This document shows positions 53,760 through 64,000 of a stretch of 64,000 bases of DNA, in pieces. The translations under genes and the position numbers were made by a program. This stretch comes from Octopus vulgaris. Its lineage: Eukaryota. Each line of letters begins with the position of its first letter. Position 1 is the stretch's first letter. Location: assembly GCA_951406725.2 (NCBI GenBank), contig OX597839.1, forward strand, positions 35,030,001 through 35,094,000. Reading direction: 5' to 3'. The notes beneath the pieces were generated by a model. That model did no database searches. It had not been told where the DNA came from and was given only the letters and a program-made list of their open reading frames with translations.

Positions 53760-54430
53760 GCACCAGAGAACATTATAGATTATCTGAAGACAAAATATAT
53801 TGCCAACGAAAAAGCGTGTGCTTGCAAACATTCGATGAATTTCCAAAATTCTAGTCGTTCTATTGACGGGTTTGTCCACAGAAAGTGCGCTAAATGTAAA
53901 GAAAAAAACCCTCTTTCCATCAGGAAAGGTACATTTACAGAAAACTCTAAGCTGCCATTATATGTAATTTTTCATTTAGAGTTTGATTTTATTTTCGAAT
54001 TGTCTGCGACGATATCTGCAAGAATGAATTGCATTGATATACATAACTGCCGTTCAGTGGTGCCAATTCTGTAGAGATGTTTGTCCGGCAAAACTGCTGC
54101 AGGACAAAACTCCTATTGGTGGTCCGGATCATACAGTAGAGATCGATGAAAGCCTGTTCTTCAATAGCGAGAATAATGTTGGAAGAATGTGTTGCAAAAC
54201 TTGGGTTGTCGGATGTTATGACACCTCAACCAGAAAAGGGTTTCTTCAACGTGTATCCGATAGAAGAACAGAGACGTTGGAGAATGTTATCGGACAAAAC
54301 GTTCTTCCTGGAACTTCTGTTATGGCTGACAATTTGGCAAGCAATTGTAATCTCCATATACTCGGTGACATTCACCCCCATACGGTAAATCATTCCCAAA
54401 ATTTCATAGATCGGTAACCGGGGCATGTAT
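53760..54430 (+). pseudogene. Frameshifted Merlin / ISXO2-like (IS1595 family) DDE transposase
   Basis: Zn-ribbon-like C.C...KCAKC, SIRKGTFTENSKLPL, then IGGPDHTVEIDESLF...WVVG...LQRVSDRRTETL...LPGTSVMAD...HTVNHSQNFID. Confidence 0.85.
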
Positions 54431-54542
54431 AAATCAGAGGAGGTTAAAAATTTTTTTTTTTATTTTTATATGAATACACTCTATCGACGGCGGAGATTCC
54501 GAATCTGCAAAAAAATCTGCATTTCAAAATTTATATTATACA

Positions 54543-54703
54543 GGCAATTGGCTGTGTGGTAAGTAGCTTGTTTACCAACCACATGGTTCCGGGTTAAGTC
54601 CCACTGCGTGGCACCTTGGGTATGTGTCTTCTACTATAGCTTCGGGCCGACCAAAGCCTTGTGAGTGGATTTGGTAGACGAAAAATGAAAGAAGCCCGTC
54701 GTA

Positions 54704-54782
<79 letters not shown>

Positions 54783-54985
54783 TTGTGTGAGTGTGTTTGT
54801 CTCCCTAGCATTGCTTGACAACTGATGCTGGTGTGTTTATGTCCCCGTTACTTAGCGGTTCGGCAAAAGAGACCGATAAAATAAGTACTGGGCTTACAAA
54901 AGAATAAGTCCCGGGGTCGATTTGCTCGATTAAAGGCGATGCTCCAGCATGGCCGCAGTCAAATGACTGAAACAAGTAAAAGAGA
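54543..54985 (+). mobile_element. SINE family 1 copy nested in the Merlin-bearing element
   Basis: Head to tail present. Confidence 0.85.
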
Positions 54986-55467
54986 GAAATATATATATAT
55001 GCATATATACACAAACACATAAATGACAAAACACACCATTAAACACTCCCTCCCTCCCCTTCTCTCTCTCTTTCTTTCTTTCTCTCTCTCTCTCTCTCTC
55101 CCTCCTCCTCTCCAGACGAAATCGAAGAGTAATTTGTTCCCCGCTTAAAATGTTGGCGCGAAAAATAGCTAAAGGAAAGTGGACACACGAGATGACATCT
55201 CAAAACCTTTTTGCAACTTATATATCCTGGGATCGATATGTCCAATAATTTTAGCTGGTATGTAAAAGATATTGTTTTAATACCCTTTGATTTGTTTCAG
55301 ACAAAACACTATCATGGTCTGTTTTTTCTTGTCCACACATCGTTACCACGAATTTATTTTCTGGTGTAAAATGTCATCTTAAAATTAGTGTAATGAAAGG
55401 GAGCTGATGCAGTCTCGCACTTCACCTTCAAAGGTGCATTTTTTTAAATAAGATTTCTTCGGAAATG

Positions 55468-55499
<32 letters not shown>

Positions 55500-55512
<13 letters not shown>

Positions 55513-55890
55513 CAGAATTTGTCTGTGTGTGGCAGGTTTGGTAGCTTCCAACTAACACTATCTCCTCCGAGACCCTGCGGCGCAAGTTGACCAAAATTGA
55601 GAGTATGATAGAAGAAGGCTTGCCCTTCATTCCTTGGAAGAAAAAATTCAAATCGGACCATGTTAACACCAAAAATTATTTACATCAAAAAGGTGCTTTT
55701 TTTTTCTATGAAAATCCCTATTTTTTAAGATTTTTTTGACTGCTGTGTCGGCATTTTTCGGTGTATTTCAACCAGAAAAATGTTCACTTAAAGAGAATAA
55801 CAAACTACATAATGCAAAATTTTTACTTTTCAAAAATTCCAATTCTAAAGGGTCGAAACAAACCCGAGCAACACCGGGCGATACTGCTAG
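55500..55890 (+). mobile_element. Non-autonomous Helitron
   Basis: Begins tatatataaagcagaatttgtctgtgtgt; ends with hairpin cccgagcaacaccggg and CTAG followed by T. Confidence 0.65.
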
Positions 55891-56389
55891 TGTATATATA
55901 TATGTGTGTTTGTGTATATATGTATATGGATGAATATATATATAATTTGGCAAGCTATTGTAATCTCCATATACTCGGTTACATTCACCATACGGTAAAT
56001 CATTCCCAAAATTTCATAGATCGGTCACCGGGGCATGTATAAATCGGAGAAGGTATTTGTATAAAATTTAATTGAAAAAACCCCCCATTTTCCTAAAAGT
56101 TCCGAGGGAAAAGCTCGGATCTTGTGAATTTTCCGAAGTCCTCCCTCCACCCTGCCGTTGCCTTGCGCACATTTTTTAATCATATTCGTTCTCTCCACAT
56201 TGTTTTACACCCATTCCAGTATATTTTTTTGATTTTCTTTTCTGGGTCAAGATGTAACCATTAACCTAGAACGGAATTTGTGGTGAAGCTTGGAAGCTGC
56301 TGCGGTTGACAAAATGCTGGACTTCAGAATATATTCAACCACGACCAATTTTATGATATCAGCTGAAGAACTGTTTTTAATTGTTGTTC

Positions 56390-56610
56390 TTATTATTAAT
56401 GTGATACCAATAGTAATTGGTGCTCTTGGAAGTATCAGCACTCAATACCAGCATGACTGAAAAAGATTGGTGCAAGTGTGAAGGTAGAACACCTACAAAA
56501 CTCAGCATTGCTTGGAACTGCAAGAATTCTTCAGAGGGTTCTTGAAGCATGACTAGTAAACACGTGTCTCCTTAGTCAGCTGTCCACATAATAATAATAA
56601 TAATAATAAT
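56390..56610 (+). mobile_element. R4/Dong 3' end, + strand, followed by (TAA)n
   Basis: VIPIVIGALGSI...VEHLQNSALLGTARILQRVLEA* then taataataa. Confidence 0.7.
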
Positions 56611-56644
56611 TTCTTAAAATTCTTCAGCCGACATCGTAAAATTA

Positions 56645-56924
56645 TTACTATTACTATTATATGTTTGACTTTTGCTTTATTATTTGTACAAGTTGGCTCC
56701 AAGTCTCACCCAGAGACCTCAAGAGACAACAGGTTGGAAGTTCATGTTGTTGTTATGCCTAGTGTGCCATATATTTGGGGTTTTTTTTAGTGTTGTACTA
56801 GTGAATGTCTAAAAAAAAAAACATCTGAAAATTATGTTTGTTTTAAAACTTGAGATTACATAGAAAGTATTTTGCGTAGGATATGAGCAGTTCCCATGAG
56901 CACTATCTTTTGAATTTCTGCCAT
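56645..56924 (-). mobile_element. R4/Dong 3' end of another subfamily
   Basis: Reverse strand reads AEIQKIVLMGTAHILRKILSM*, then UTR and a TAA-like tail. Confidence 0.6.
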
Positions 56925-57950
56925 TTATTATTATTATTATTATTGCCTTTGCACAGCTTCTAACGCTGGAGATGTACAATGGTATCAACTGTTCACTACC
57001 AGTGAACTAAGGCAACACCCCTTATTTTTCGAGCACCTTCCGGAGTATTCAAGTGGTTCCAAGCAGTGCTGTTTTCTGAAAGTGTTCCACCCTTATTGCA
57101 TCCCCTATTTGTTCCATGTACTTCTCAAGATTTTTACTCACTTTTCCCACTGCTCCAACAATTATTGGTACCACAACTGCTTAACCTCCCAAGCTAACCT
57201 GTCATATCTATCGACTTTTCTTTCCTCCTTATCGCATACCTTGTTGTTAGCTGGGCATGCTATTATTATTATTATTATTATTATTTTATTGTTTTTGCAC
57301 AGTTTCTAACACTGGAGATGTACTATGGTGTCAGTTGTTCACTACCAGTGAACTAAGGTAACATCCCTTATTTTTTGAGCACCATCTGCAGTTCCAAGCA
57401 GTGCTGTTTTCTGCCAGTGCTCTACCCTTATTGAAGCCCTTATTTGTTCCATGTACTTCTCAAGACTTTTACTCACTGTTCCCAGGGCTCCAAAAATTAT
57501 TGGTACTACTACCACCTTTTTTATCAACCACAACTGCTTAACCTCCCAAGCTAACCTGTCATATCTATCGACTTTTCTTTCATCCTTATCGTATACCTCT
57601 TTGTCAGCTGGGCATGATATCTCTATGATAAGAAAGCATAGTTTGTTTTCTTTCTCAATTAACACTATGTCCGGTTTCCTATTCTCTATCTCATGGTCGC
57701 ACTGAATCATAAAATCCCATAGGATCTTTGCATTAACATTTTCGATGATGTTCATACCACTTTTTGCTCTGCCAAGTCCATACTTGTTGCAAAGTGTCCA
57801 ATAGACAATCCTTGCTGTATTGTCATAACGTCTGTTATATTCTTTCTGGTCTAGTGGCATACATTGACTGGTAATATGCCATACGGTTTCACCATTTTGT
57901 CCACAAATTCCGCACTTACCACTTTTTTATGTTGTCTATTCTGTATTTGA
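56924..57950 (-). mobile_element. Two tandem R4/Dong 3' fragments (duplicate of the 51066-51858 block, second piece longer)
   Basis: ORF 57342-57860: KILWDFMIQCDHEIENRKPDIVLIEK...PIIFGALGTV; CCHC-type knuckle upstream. Confidence 0.8.
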
Positions 57951-58544
57951 TTTCTTCTTCTTCTTCGTCTTCTTCTTCTTCTCCTCCTCCTCATCATCAT
58001 GATCACCATCATCATCATCATTATTATTTAAGGCGGTGAGCTGACAAAATCATTAGCACACTGAGCGAAATGCTTAGCAGTATTTCGTCTGCCACAACAT
58101 TCTGAGTTCAAATTCCGCTGGGGTCAACTTTGCCTTTTGCCCTTTTGGGGGTTTGTGATCGTACCAGTTTTTTGCTCTGTCAAGACCCATATTTGTTGCA
58201 AAGTGTCCAATGGACAAATTTCGCTATATTGTTATGGCGTCTCTTATATTCCTTCTGGGATAGTGGCATACATTGACTGGTAATATGCCATGCAGTTATC
58301 TAACCCTGTGCTCTTCAGAGATGGCAGTTATGGAATGAAATATGGCAGTTCCTCTCTATTGTTGGAGGTGAACAGACACATCTGGTTTGTGGTTTTGTTG
58401 AGGTTGAGCCCTAGGCCCCAGGTTTCAACCAATTGGTAAGATCTGCCATATTGGATATATAATATTGTACACTTCATTTAATATTCCCCCTCTACTGACA
58501 GATATAGGAGTGCATTTTTTCTGATTTATGGAGTCTTAGATGGG

Positions 58545-58582
<38 letters not shown>

Positions 58583-58588
58583 TATATA

Positions 58589-58778
58589 TGACCGCGTGTG
58601 TACCGGTTGCGATTTTTTTTCCTCTGTCTTCCCTTCTCTGGATCTTTCCTTCTCCTGTGTTTCAGACGAAGAGCTCTGCTCGAAATGTTAAACCCCGCTT
58701 CATCCCTTCCTTCCTGAGCGTCCAATAATACTATATTTGTTCCACGCGTTATTGTGTTTTCATGTTTGGATTAGCCAT
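58589..58778 (+). mobile_element. Second copy of the ~190-bp element, hammerhead core mutated
   Basis: Aligns along its length with 21490-21678; core reads CAGACGA...GAAATGTT. Confidence 0.65.
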
Positions 58779-59529
58779 ATATATATATCACGTGATTGAC
58801 CAGGCAATCAGATGTTGCTACACAACACTGGTCACAAAGCGCTTCGCATTGCTTTAGCCTTCAAATGACACCACCCTGCTGGCTAAGTGAGCAGGCCAAC
58901 AGAAGAAAGAGTGAGAGAAAGTTGCGGCGAAAGAGTACAGCAGGGATCGCTACCACCCCCTGCCGGAGCCTTGTGGTAATTTTAGGTGTTTTCGCTCAAT
59001 AAACACTCACAACGCCCAGTCTGGGATTCAAAACCACGAGTCCGCTGCCCTAACCACTGGGCCATTGCATCTCCACACACACACACATGTATTATATATA
59101 TAAATATATATATATATATATAATTATAATAAGAGCAACTACGGTAAAGGGTATTACATCCCTAAACCAAAAATCGATATGTGATAAAGTAGTTTTGGAG
59201 GCATTTGGCATCTTCTTCTAGCATGTGGCACTACTCAGTAATTGCCCTTATTATAATTACATTTATAAAATTAAATACTTTCTATTAATCTTTTACCTAA
59301 ATCGTTTTCTTACATGCTGACTACTTGATAAAATCCTATATGGATTTTGTCCTTGATTATAATGATATATACATATATATATTTGAGTAATTGAATGAAT
59401 TATCTTATTAAGGATAATTCGAAAGATAACCGATACCTGGGTAGCAGCCTTCGAAACATATGTCGAGAATAAAGGATATTTGTTAACTAGTCGTTCAACT
59501 CCATTCTTTCATATACTTATATATATATA

Positions 59530-60080
59530 ATTAATTAATAAGGGTGAGAGAATTAGATACTAATTTAATAGTATATCTATTCAACACCAAGTGGCCTAGT
59601 GCTCCGAGAAACCTGGATTATTATAATATTTTATAATATATTATAATATTTTTACAAAATAAATATAAGAGAGTGGTCACTATATGGCTCACTCTAGCAC
59701 CAGTTAATCCAAAAGGTTTCAACCACAAAAATACATGTTTCCCATGAAAGACAGTACGATTGTTAGCTCACACGGACAGGGCAAATAAAAAATAACAAAA
59801 ATACAGATTATTTTGGGACAATTGTTTCGCTATTAATGAGTTAAATGTAATTTTACTTACAAAAAGTGGATTTTTTTGTAAGTAAAATTACATTTAATTC
59901 ATTAATAGCGAAACAATTGTCCCAAAATAATCTGTATGTTTGTTATTTTTTATTTGCCCTGTCCGTGTGAGCTAACAATCGTACTGTCTTTCATGGGAAA
60001 CATGTATTTTTGTGGTTGAAACCTTTTGGATTAACTGGTGCTAGAGTGAGCCATATAGTGACCACTCCCTTATATTTATC
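59530..60080. mobile_element. Fold-back element with ~205-bp near-perfect arms and a hammerhead 3' half
   Basis: Arms ~59659-59865 and 59873-60079; contains GAAAC-AATT-GTC at ~59910-59921. Confidence 0.65.
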
Positions 60081-60225
60081 TTATATATATATATATATTT
60101 ATAGGCACAGGAATGGCTGTGTGGTAAGTAGTTTGCTTACCAACCACATGAGACAGAAACTGAAAGAAGCCCGTTGTATATATGTGTGTGTATATATATA
60201 TATATATCATCATATATATATATAT

Positions 60226-60424
60226 ACCGGAGTAAACACATAAATGTGAAGCAAGGTGGAAAAAAGAGTACTCAAATACCAGTGGTAGAGTAATATGCTT
60301 TATTTAAAGCAGCAGAAAGTTCAACAAAACCTGTTACTCTGAGTTTCACGTTCCCGTTTGTCGGACAGTTTTTGCTACTCGGAGTAACAGGTTTTGTTGA
60401 ATTTTCTGCTGCTTTTAAATAAAG

Positions 60425-60425
<1 letters not shown>
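60226..60425. mobile_element. Fold-back element copy 3 (reverse orientation), inside a SINE (TA)n tract
   Basis: Reverse complement of the 40757-40958 arrangement. Confidence 0.65.
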
Positions 60426-60457
<32 letters not shown>

Positions 60458-60731
60458 ATAAGTTTGTGTGTCTGTGTTTGTCCCCCTAACATCGCTTGAC
60501 AACCGATGGTGGTGTGTTTACGTCCCCATAACCTAGCGGTTTGGCAAAAGAGACCGATAGAATAAACACTAGGCTTACAAAGAATAAGTTCTGGGGTCGA
60601 TTTGCTCGACTAAAGGCAGTGCTCCAGCATGTTACACGATGAACTTCTTTCAGTTTCCGTCTACCAAATCCACTCACAAGGTTTTAAGCCAGCCCAAGGC
60701 TATATCAGGAGACACTTGCCCAAGGTACCTC

Positions 60732-61512
60732 TTGTGAAAGGTAGGAGAGTCCAGTTTGCTGGACATTGTTGTAGAGCTGAAAAAGAGGTAATTTCTGCTC
60801 TCCTCCTCTGGAAACCATCTACTCGCAATGCCAGAGGGCGCACACTCTCCTACCCTGATGTAATCTCCAGGGATACAGGCATCCAGCATGTATGTATGTA
60901 TGTATGTATGTATTGTGAAAGGTAGGAGAGTCCAGTTTGCTGGACATTGTTGTAGAGCTGAAAAAGAGGTAATTTCTGCTCTCCTCCTCTGGAAACCATC
61001 TACTCGCAATGCCAGAGGGCGCACACTCTCCTACCCTGATGTAATCTCCAGGGATACAGGCATCCAGCATGTATGTATGTATGTATGTATGTATTGTGAA
61101 AGGTAGGAGAGTCCAGTTTGCTGGACATTGTTGTAGAGCTGAAAAAGAGGTAATTTCTGCTCTCCTCCTCTGGAAACCATCTACTCGCAATGCCAGAGGG
61201 CGCACACTCTCCTACCCTGATGTAATCTCCAGGCATCCAGCATGTATGTATGTATGTATTGTGAAAGGTAGGAGAGTCCAGTTTGCTGGACATTGTTGTA
61301 GAGCTGAAAAAGAGGTAATTTCTGCTCTCCTCCTCTGGAAACCATCTACTCGCAATGCCAGAGGGCGCACACTCTCCTACCCTGATGTAATCTCCAGGGA
61401 TACAGGCATCCAGCAACAGGACCTCCGTAATGCCATGATGGACCGTGAAGTCTGGCGTAGCATGGTAAATTCCATTGTCTCGACCACGGTCGAACAATGA
61501 TGATGATGATGA
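60732..61512 (+). mobile_element. RTE-type LINE 3' end in four tandem units separated by (TATG)n, inserted in a SINE
   Basis: RRVQFAGHCCRAEKEVISALLLWKP...AMMDREVWRSMV*, (TGA)n tail; units start at 60732, 60913, 61094 and 61259; the host SINE is split at caaggtacc|accacgcagtggg. Confidence 0.8.
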
Positions 61513-62208
61513 CCACGCAGTGGGACTGAACTGAGAACCATGTGGTTAGGAAGCAAGCTTCTTACCACACAGGCATGCTTACACCTATAAAAATGTATTT
61601 AGAGGGAGAAAGGGAGAGATGGATGTAGACAGACTAAAATATACATGCGTGTGTGTGTGTGTATTCACTAATGCGTACATGGATAAAATGGTAGTGGAAG
61701 GGTTGCAGTGCTTCTGAAGTCTTATATTGATTGCCTGGTGGCAGCATTTGTTCCAGTACTTGATGCTATGAGTTCAAAACCCACCAAGGGCAATGCTGCC
61801 GTTGATTTTTTTTTTTTTTTTTGAGGGAAGGGACAGGGGGATTGATTAAATAAAGGACCAGTCAAATACTGGGCTAAGACTTCGCTCTTTCTCTCTCTCT
61901 CTACCTCTCTCCTTTCTCTTTTTTCTCAGTGTCTCTTTCCCCTCTCTCTCCCTTTTTCCCCTCTCTCCTTTCTCTTTCTCCTCTCTCTCCTTCTTACCTT
62001 TTCTCCTCTTTCCCATCTCTCTCTCTCTCTTTCTCCCTCTCTCTCTCCCTTTTTCCCCTCTCTCCCCCTCCCCTCTCTAGCAAAGTGTTTGAAAATAAAG
62101 ACCCAAATCACCTGCAGCCCAGCCCAACCCAGACAGGGATGAGCTCCTCCACCTCTACGAACCACTCCTGGCCACACTACGGCATGTCCACGTCACGTCA
62201 TGCCCCAA

Positions 62209-62224
62209 CAGCGCCCTCTGGTGA
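62209..62224 (-). promoter_or_regulatory. CTCF-like motif TCACCAGAGGGCGCTG in a unique GC-rich island
   Basis: Close match to the CTCF core consensus; cacgtcacgtca (CRE/E-box-like) lies ~10 bp away. Confidence 0.4.
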
Positions 62225-62559
62225 ATCCATCACGAGTTAAAGGCAACGGGGACGAACGTACTTCATGCTAAAGCATTCAGTCATGTCTATACCCCCACCC
62301 ACCTCCACTACCACCACCACCACCATCACAACCGCCGCCACCACCACCATCTCCACAATCACTACCACAATACTCTTGTCCTACTGACACACACTCTCTC
62401 TCTCTCTCTCTTCTGCCTCCCTCCCTCCCCTCCCCCATCACCACATTAAATCATTGATTTGCTTTGGTTCAATAGATTTTCTGTTTTGTTTCTCTTGTTT
62501 TGTGGCATTGTGAATTGTGGTACCAGCTGGGGCACTGGTGGTTGGTGCTCGTTGGTACT

Positions 62560-62976
62560 GGCAGCTGACAGAAATGTTAGCACGCCGGACGAAATGCGTA
62601 GAAGTATTTTGTCTGTCGCTACGTTCTGAGTTCAAATTCCGCCGAGGTCGACTTTGCCTTTCATCCTTTCGGGGGTCGATAAATTAAGTACCAGTTACGC
62701 ACTGGGGGTCGATGTAATCGACTTAATACCTATGTCTGTCCTTGTTTGTCCCCTCTGTGTTTAGCCCCTTGTGGGTAATAAAGAAATAGGTATTTCGTCT
62801 GCCACTACGTCCTGAGTTCAAATTCTGCCAAGGTCGACTTTGCCTTTCATCCTTTCGGGGGTTGATAAATTAAGTACCAGTTACGCACTGGGGTCGATGT
62901 AATCGACTTAATACCTATGTCTGTCCTTGTTTGTCCCCTCTGTGTTTAGCCCCTTGTGGGTAGTAAAGAAATAGGT
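62560..62976 (+). mobile_element. SINE family 2 (ggcagaa..gttagcacg...gagttcaaattcc...gtcgactttgcctttcatcc), internal tandem dimer
   Basis: B-box-like GAGTTCAAATTCC; ~185-bp body repeated. Other copies at ~7172-7585, 37840-38305 (-), 41150-41300 (-), 43643-43768 (-), 58030-58150 and 63978-64000. Confidence 0.8.
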
Positions 62977-62999
62977 ACTGGTTGCTGGTGGTTATAACA

Positions 63000-63031
<32 letters not shown>

Positions 63032-63179
63032 ATTGAAGCATAAAACGTAATACAAAATATCACTTTCCCCATTAGCAAACTTAGAAAGTCTCCCTATTTT
63101 CAGGAATTATTTATTATAATTTTATATTTTTGTTTTATTTTACTCTCTATGCTCCTCTTACGTAACCCCACATTCTTTT

Positions 63180-63560
63180 ACTTGACTGGCTTTCGTGCCG
63201 GTGGCACATAAAAAGCACCATCCGAATGTGGCCGATGCCAGCGCTGCCTCGACTGGCTTCTGTGCTTGTGGCACATAAAAAGCACCATCCGAACGTGGCC
63301 GATGCCAGTGCCGCCCTGACTGGCTTCCGTGCCAGTGGCACGTTAAAAGCACCAACCGATCGTGGCCGATACCAGACTCCCCTGGCACCTGTGCTGGTGG
63401 CACGTAAAAAGCACCCACTACACTCGCAGAGTGGTTGGCGTTAGGAAGGACATCCAGCTGTAGAAACACTGCCAGATCAGACTGGAGCCTGGAGCAGCCC
63501 CTGTCGAACCGTCCAACCCGTGCTAGTGCGGAAAACGGACGTTAAACGATGATGATGATG
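63180..63560 (+). mobile_element. SINE-like family 3 with internal ~58-bp ggcacgtaaaaagcacc repeats and (GAT)n tail
   Basis: Shared 3' part gagtggttggcgttaggaagggcatccagc...ggacgttaaacgatgat. Copies at ~1200-1345, 5389-5670 (-), 15500-15725, 27420-27860 (-), 37265-37830 (-) and 48540-48780. Confidence 0.8.
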
Positions 63561-63614
63561 TATCATCCCCAAATATTTTTTGTGAACCCCTTGTGATTAA
63601 TAAAGAAAACATTA

Positions 63615-63646
<32 letters not shown>

Positions 63647-64000
63647 TTTATTGTGGAGGTGCAATGGCCCAGTGGTTAGGGCAGCGGACTCGCAGTCGGA
63701 GGATCACGGTTTTGACACCCAGACCGAGCGTTGTGTGCGTTTATTGAGCGAAAACACCTAAAAGCTCCATGGGGCTCTGGCAGGGGGGTAGTGGCGACCC
63801 CTGTTGTACTCTTTCATCCCAACTTTCTCTCACTCTTTCTTCCTGTTTCTTGGGTGATGCTGCGATGGACTGGCGTCCCGTCCAGCTTGGGGGAACACAT
63901 ACACCACGGAAACCGGGCCCATGAGCCTTGCTAGGCTTGAAAAGGGCACATATAAAAAAAAATTATTATTATTATTAAGGTGGTGAGCTGGCAGAATTGT

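Larger units (their letters stand above)
53040..55471 (+). mobile_element. TIR DNA transposon (CAGACA...TGTCTG, ~110-bp imperfect TIRs, TA-flanked) carrying a decayed IS1595/Merlin-like transposase
   Basis: Left end cagacacgtttacgaaaaaatcc...aaatgcccctt...ttttaagatgacattttgcgccagaaaa matches the reverse complement of ~55340-55471; a SINE is inserted at ~54543-54985. Confidence 0.65.

Noticed and set aside
53661-54417. Bacterial IS1595 suggesting contamination or horizontal transfer
   Set aside because: It is embedded among host SINEs and microsatellites and decayed; eukaryotic Merlin elements explain the similarity.
60732-61512. Repeat-spacer appearance suggesting a CRISPR-like array (also 44700-45160 and 27972-28126)
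   Set aside because: Eukaryotic context, spacers are microsatellite or absent, repeats are LINE-derived, and there are no cas genes.

Overview
Eukaryotic, AT-rich, extremely microsatellite- and SINE-dense DNA. The repeat landscape looks like a cephalopod (Octopus-type) genome; this is inferred from recognised repeat types, not verified. Almost all ORFs in the supplied track are translations of simple repeats. One plausible protein-coding gene lies on +, with three phase-compatible coding exons (22068-22432, 26613-26772, 29143-30258; about 546 aa). It has an N-terminal PTB/PH-like domain and a disordered tail with NPxY, RVxF and IYA motifs. It also has a putative promoter near 17 kb, a distant-branch-point 3' splice site and possibly a ~4.6 kb 3' UTR. 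The rest is transposon debris: several tRNA-SINE families, a young Tx1/L1-type LINE in (ATCT)n, a cluster of R4/Dong LINE ends in (TAA)n, CR1 and RTE 3' ends amplified in tandem, mariner/piggyBac/Helitron remnants, and a Merlin (IS1595-like) transposase inside a CAG..CTG TIR element. The most striking signal is a set of short (TA)n-embedded fold-back elements carrying minimal type I hammerhead-ribozyme motifs (Penelope-like pLTR/retrozyme-like) from several distinct families. One family has an atypical core and sits inside SINEs. Coordinates of degenerate repeats are approximate and similarities were judged by eye.
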